DNA of 64,000 bases, from the NCBI RefSeq assembly GCF_004010195.1, contig NC_057743.1, positions 20,319,367 through 20,383,366 of the forward strand, written 5' to 3'. A program made the position numbers and the translations under genes. Positions 62,986 to 64,000 of this stretch are shown piece after piece. The stretch is from Chiloscyllium plagiosum. Its lineage: Eukaryota. Position 1 is the stretch's first letter. Every line of letters starts with the position of its first letter. A model generated the notes under the pieces. The model was not told where the DNA came from. It made no database searches and saw nothing but the letters and a program-made list of their open reading frames with translations.

Positions 62986-64000
62986 CAAGGTTTGTGAAGG
63001 TTTGTAACTCAGGTTGAGGTTTAGGGTGTAGGTTTGCTCGCTGAGCTATAGGTTTGATATCCAGACGTTTCATTACTTGGCTAGGTAACATCATCAGTGG
63101 CGACCTCCAAGTGAAGCGAAACTGTTGTCTTCTGCTTTCTATTTATATGTTTGTCCTGGATGGGGTTCCTGGGGTTTGTGGTGATGTCATTTCCTGTTCT
63201 TTTTCTGAGGTTGATAAATGGTATCTAGATCTATGTGTTTGTTTATGGCGTTGTGGTTGGAGTGTACTGGGTCTTTTAAGTTTGTTAGTTTTTGTTTGAG
63301 AGTGTTGGTGGGTTTGTGTGCTACTAGGATTCCGAGGGGTCTTAGTAGTCTGGCTGTCATTTCTGAAACTTCTTTGATGTATGGTAAGTTGGTTAGTGTT
63401 TCTGGCTGTGTTTGGTCTGCTTGTCATGGTTTGTTCTTGAGGAATGTGCACACTGTATTTTTTGAGTAATACGTTGTATTACCTTCACAAACCTTGCTGC
63501 CCCACTATAGTTAATATTGGTAATCTTCTTCCTTTTCCAGCACCATACTTTTCAACTCTGGTCTCCAGCATCTGCAGACCTCTGCTTTCCGAAGTTCGTC
63601 TGTGCTGTAGTGTGTGGCGGCTCATTGGAATAGTGTTCCGATACAGCTTCGTTTGTGTGTGTTGGGATGGTTGCTGGTGTAGTTAAGTATTTGGTCAGTG
63701 TTTGTCGGTTTTCTGTATACGCTGGTTTGTAGTTCTCCGTTGTCCTTTCTTTCGACTGTGACATCCAGGAATGCAAGTTTGTTGTCGGTTTCTTTCTCCT
63801 TGGTGAACTTTATGCCTGTGAAGGTGTTGTTGATGATGTTAAATGTCTCTTCTGTCTTGTTTCGTTTTGTAATGACAAAGGTGTCATCTACGTAGCGGAC
63901 TCAAATTTTTGGTTTGATGGTTGGTAGGGCTGTTTGTTCTAGTCTTTCCATTACCGCTTCTGCTATGAATCCTGGTAGCGGAGATCCCATGGGTGTGCTG
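62986..64000 (-). mobile_element. PLE of the same family as 40360-42976, running off the right edge
   Basis: [38 protein letters not shown]; internal deletion of GIY-YIG; pLTR with hammerhead. Confidence 0.9.
63061..63100 (-). ncRNA. Minimal hammerhead ribozyme motif (intact core)
   Basis: Reverse complement: CCA-CTGATGA-T-GTTACCT-AGCC-AAGTAAT-GAAA-CG-TC-TGG. Confidence 0.75.

Overview
Eukaryotic vertebrate genomic DNA, very likely a shark (inferred from HE1-type V-SINEs and the CR1 and Penelope repeat mix). It holds three intron-containing genes. DDI2 is on the - strand (exons 1-2, running off the left edge). DDOST/OST48 is complete on the - strand (11 coding exons, 14645-29869, 445 aa). 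Caspase-9 is complete on the + strand (9 coding exons, 34601-57393, 416 aa) and is divergent from DDOST. All exon models were read by hand with GT/AG junctions and consistent phases. Much of the non-coding sequence is transposon-derived: CR1, L1, L2, Rex1/Babar, SINEs, solo LTRs and several Penelope-like element (PLE) families. The most striking signal is about 16 minimal hammerhead-ribozyme motifs carried by at least four PLE families. They occur in palindromic TSD-flanked mini-elements, in a 398-nt tandem retrozyme-like unit, and as one fully intact copy in the sense strand of CASP9 intron 3. Two locally templated insertions and a DDI2-DDOST-CASP9 gene order unlike human were also seen. There is one assembly gap (31925-32162). 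No database searches were run; gene and family names come from recall of sequence motifs, and repeat boundaries are approximate unless a TSD is given.
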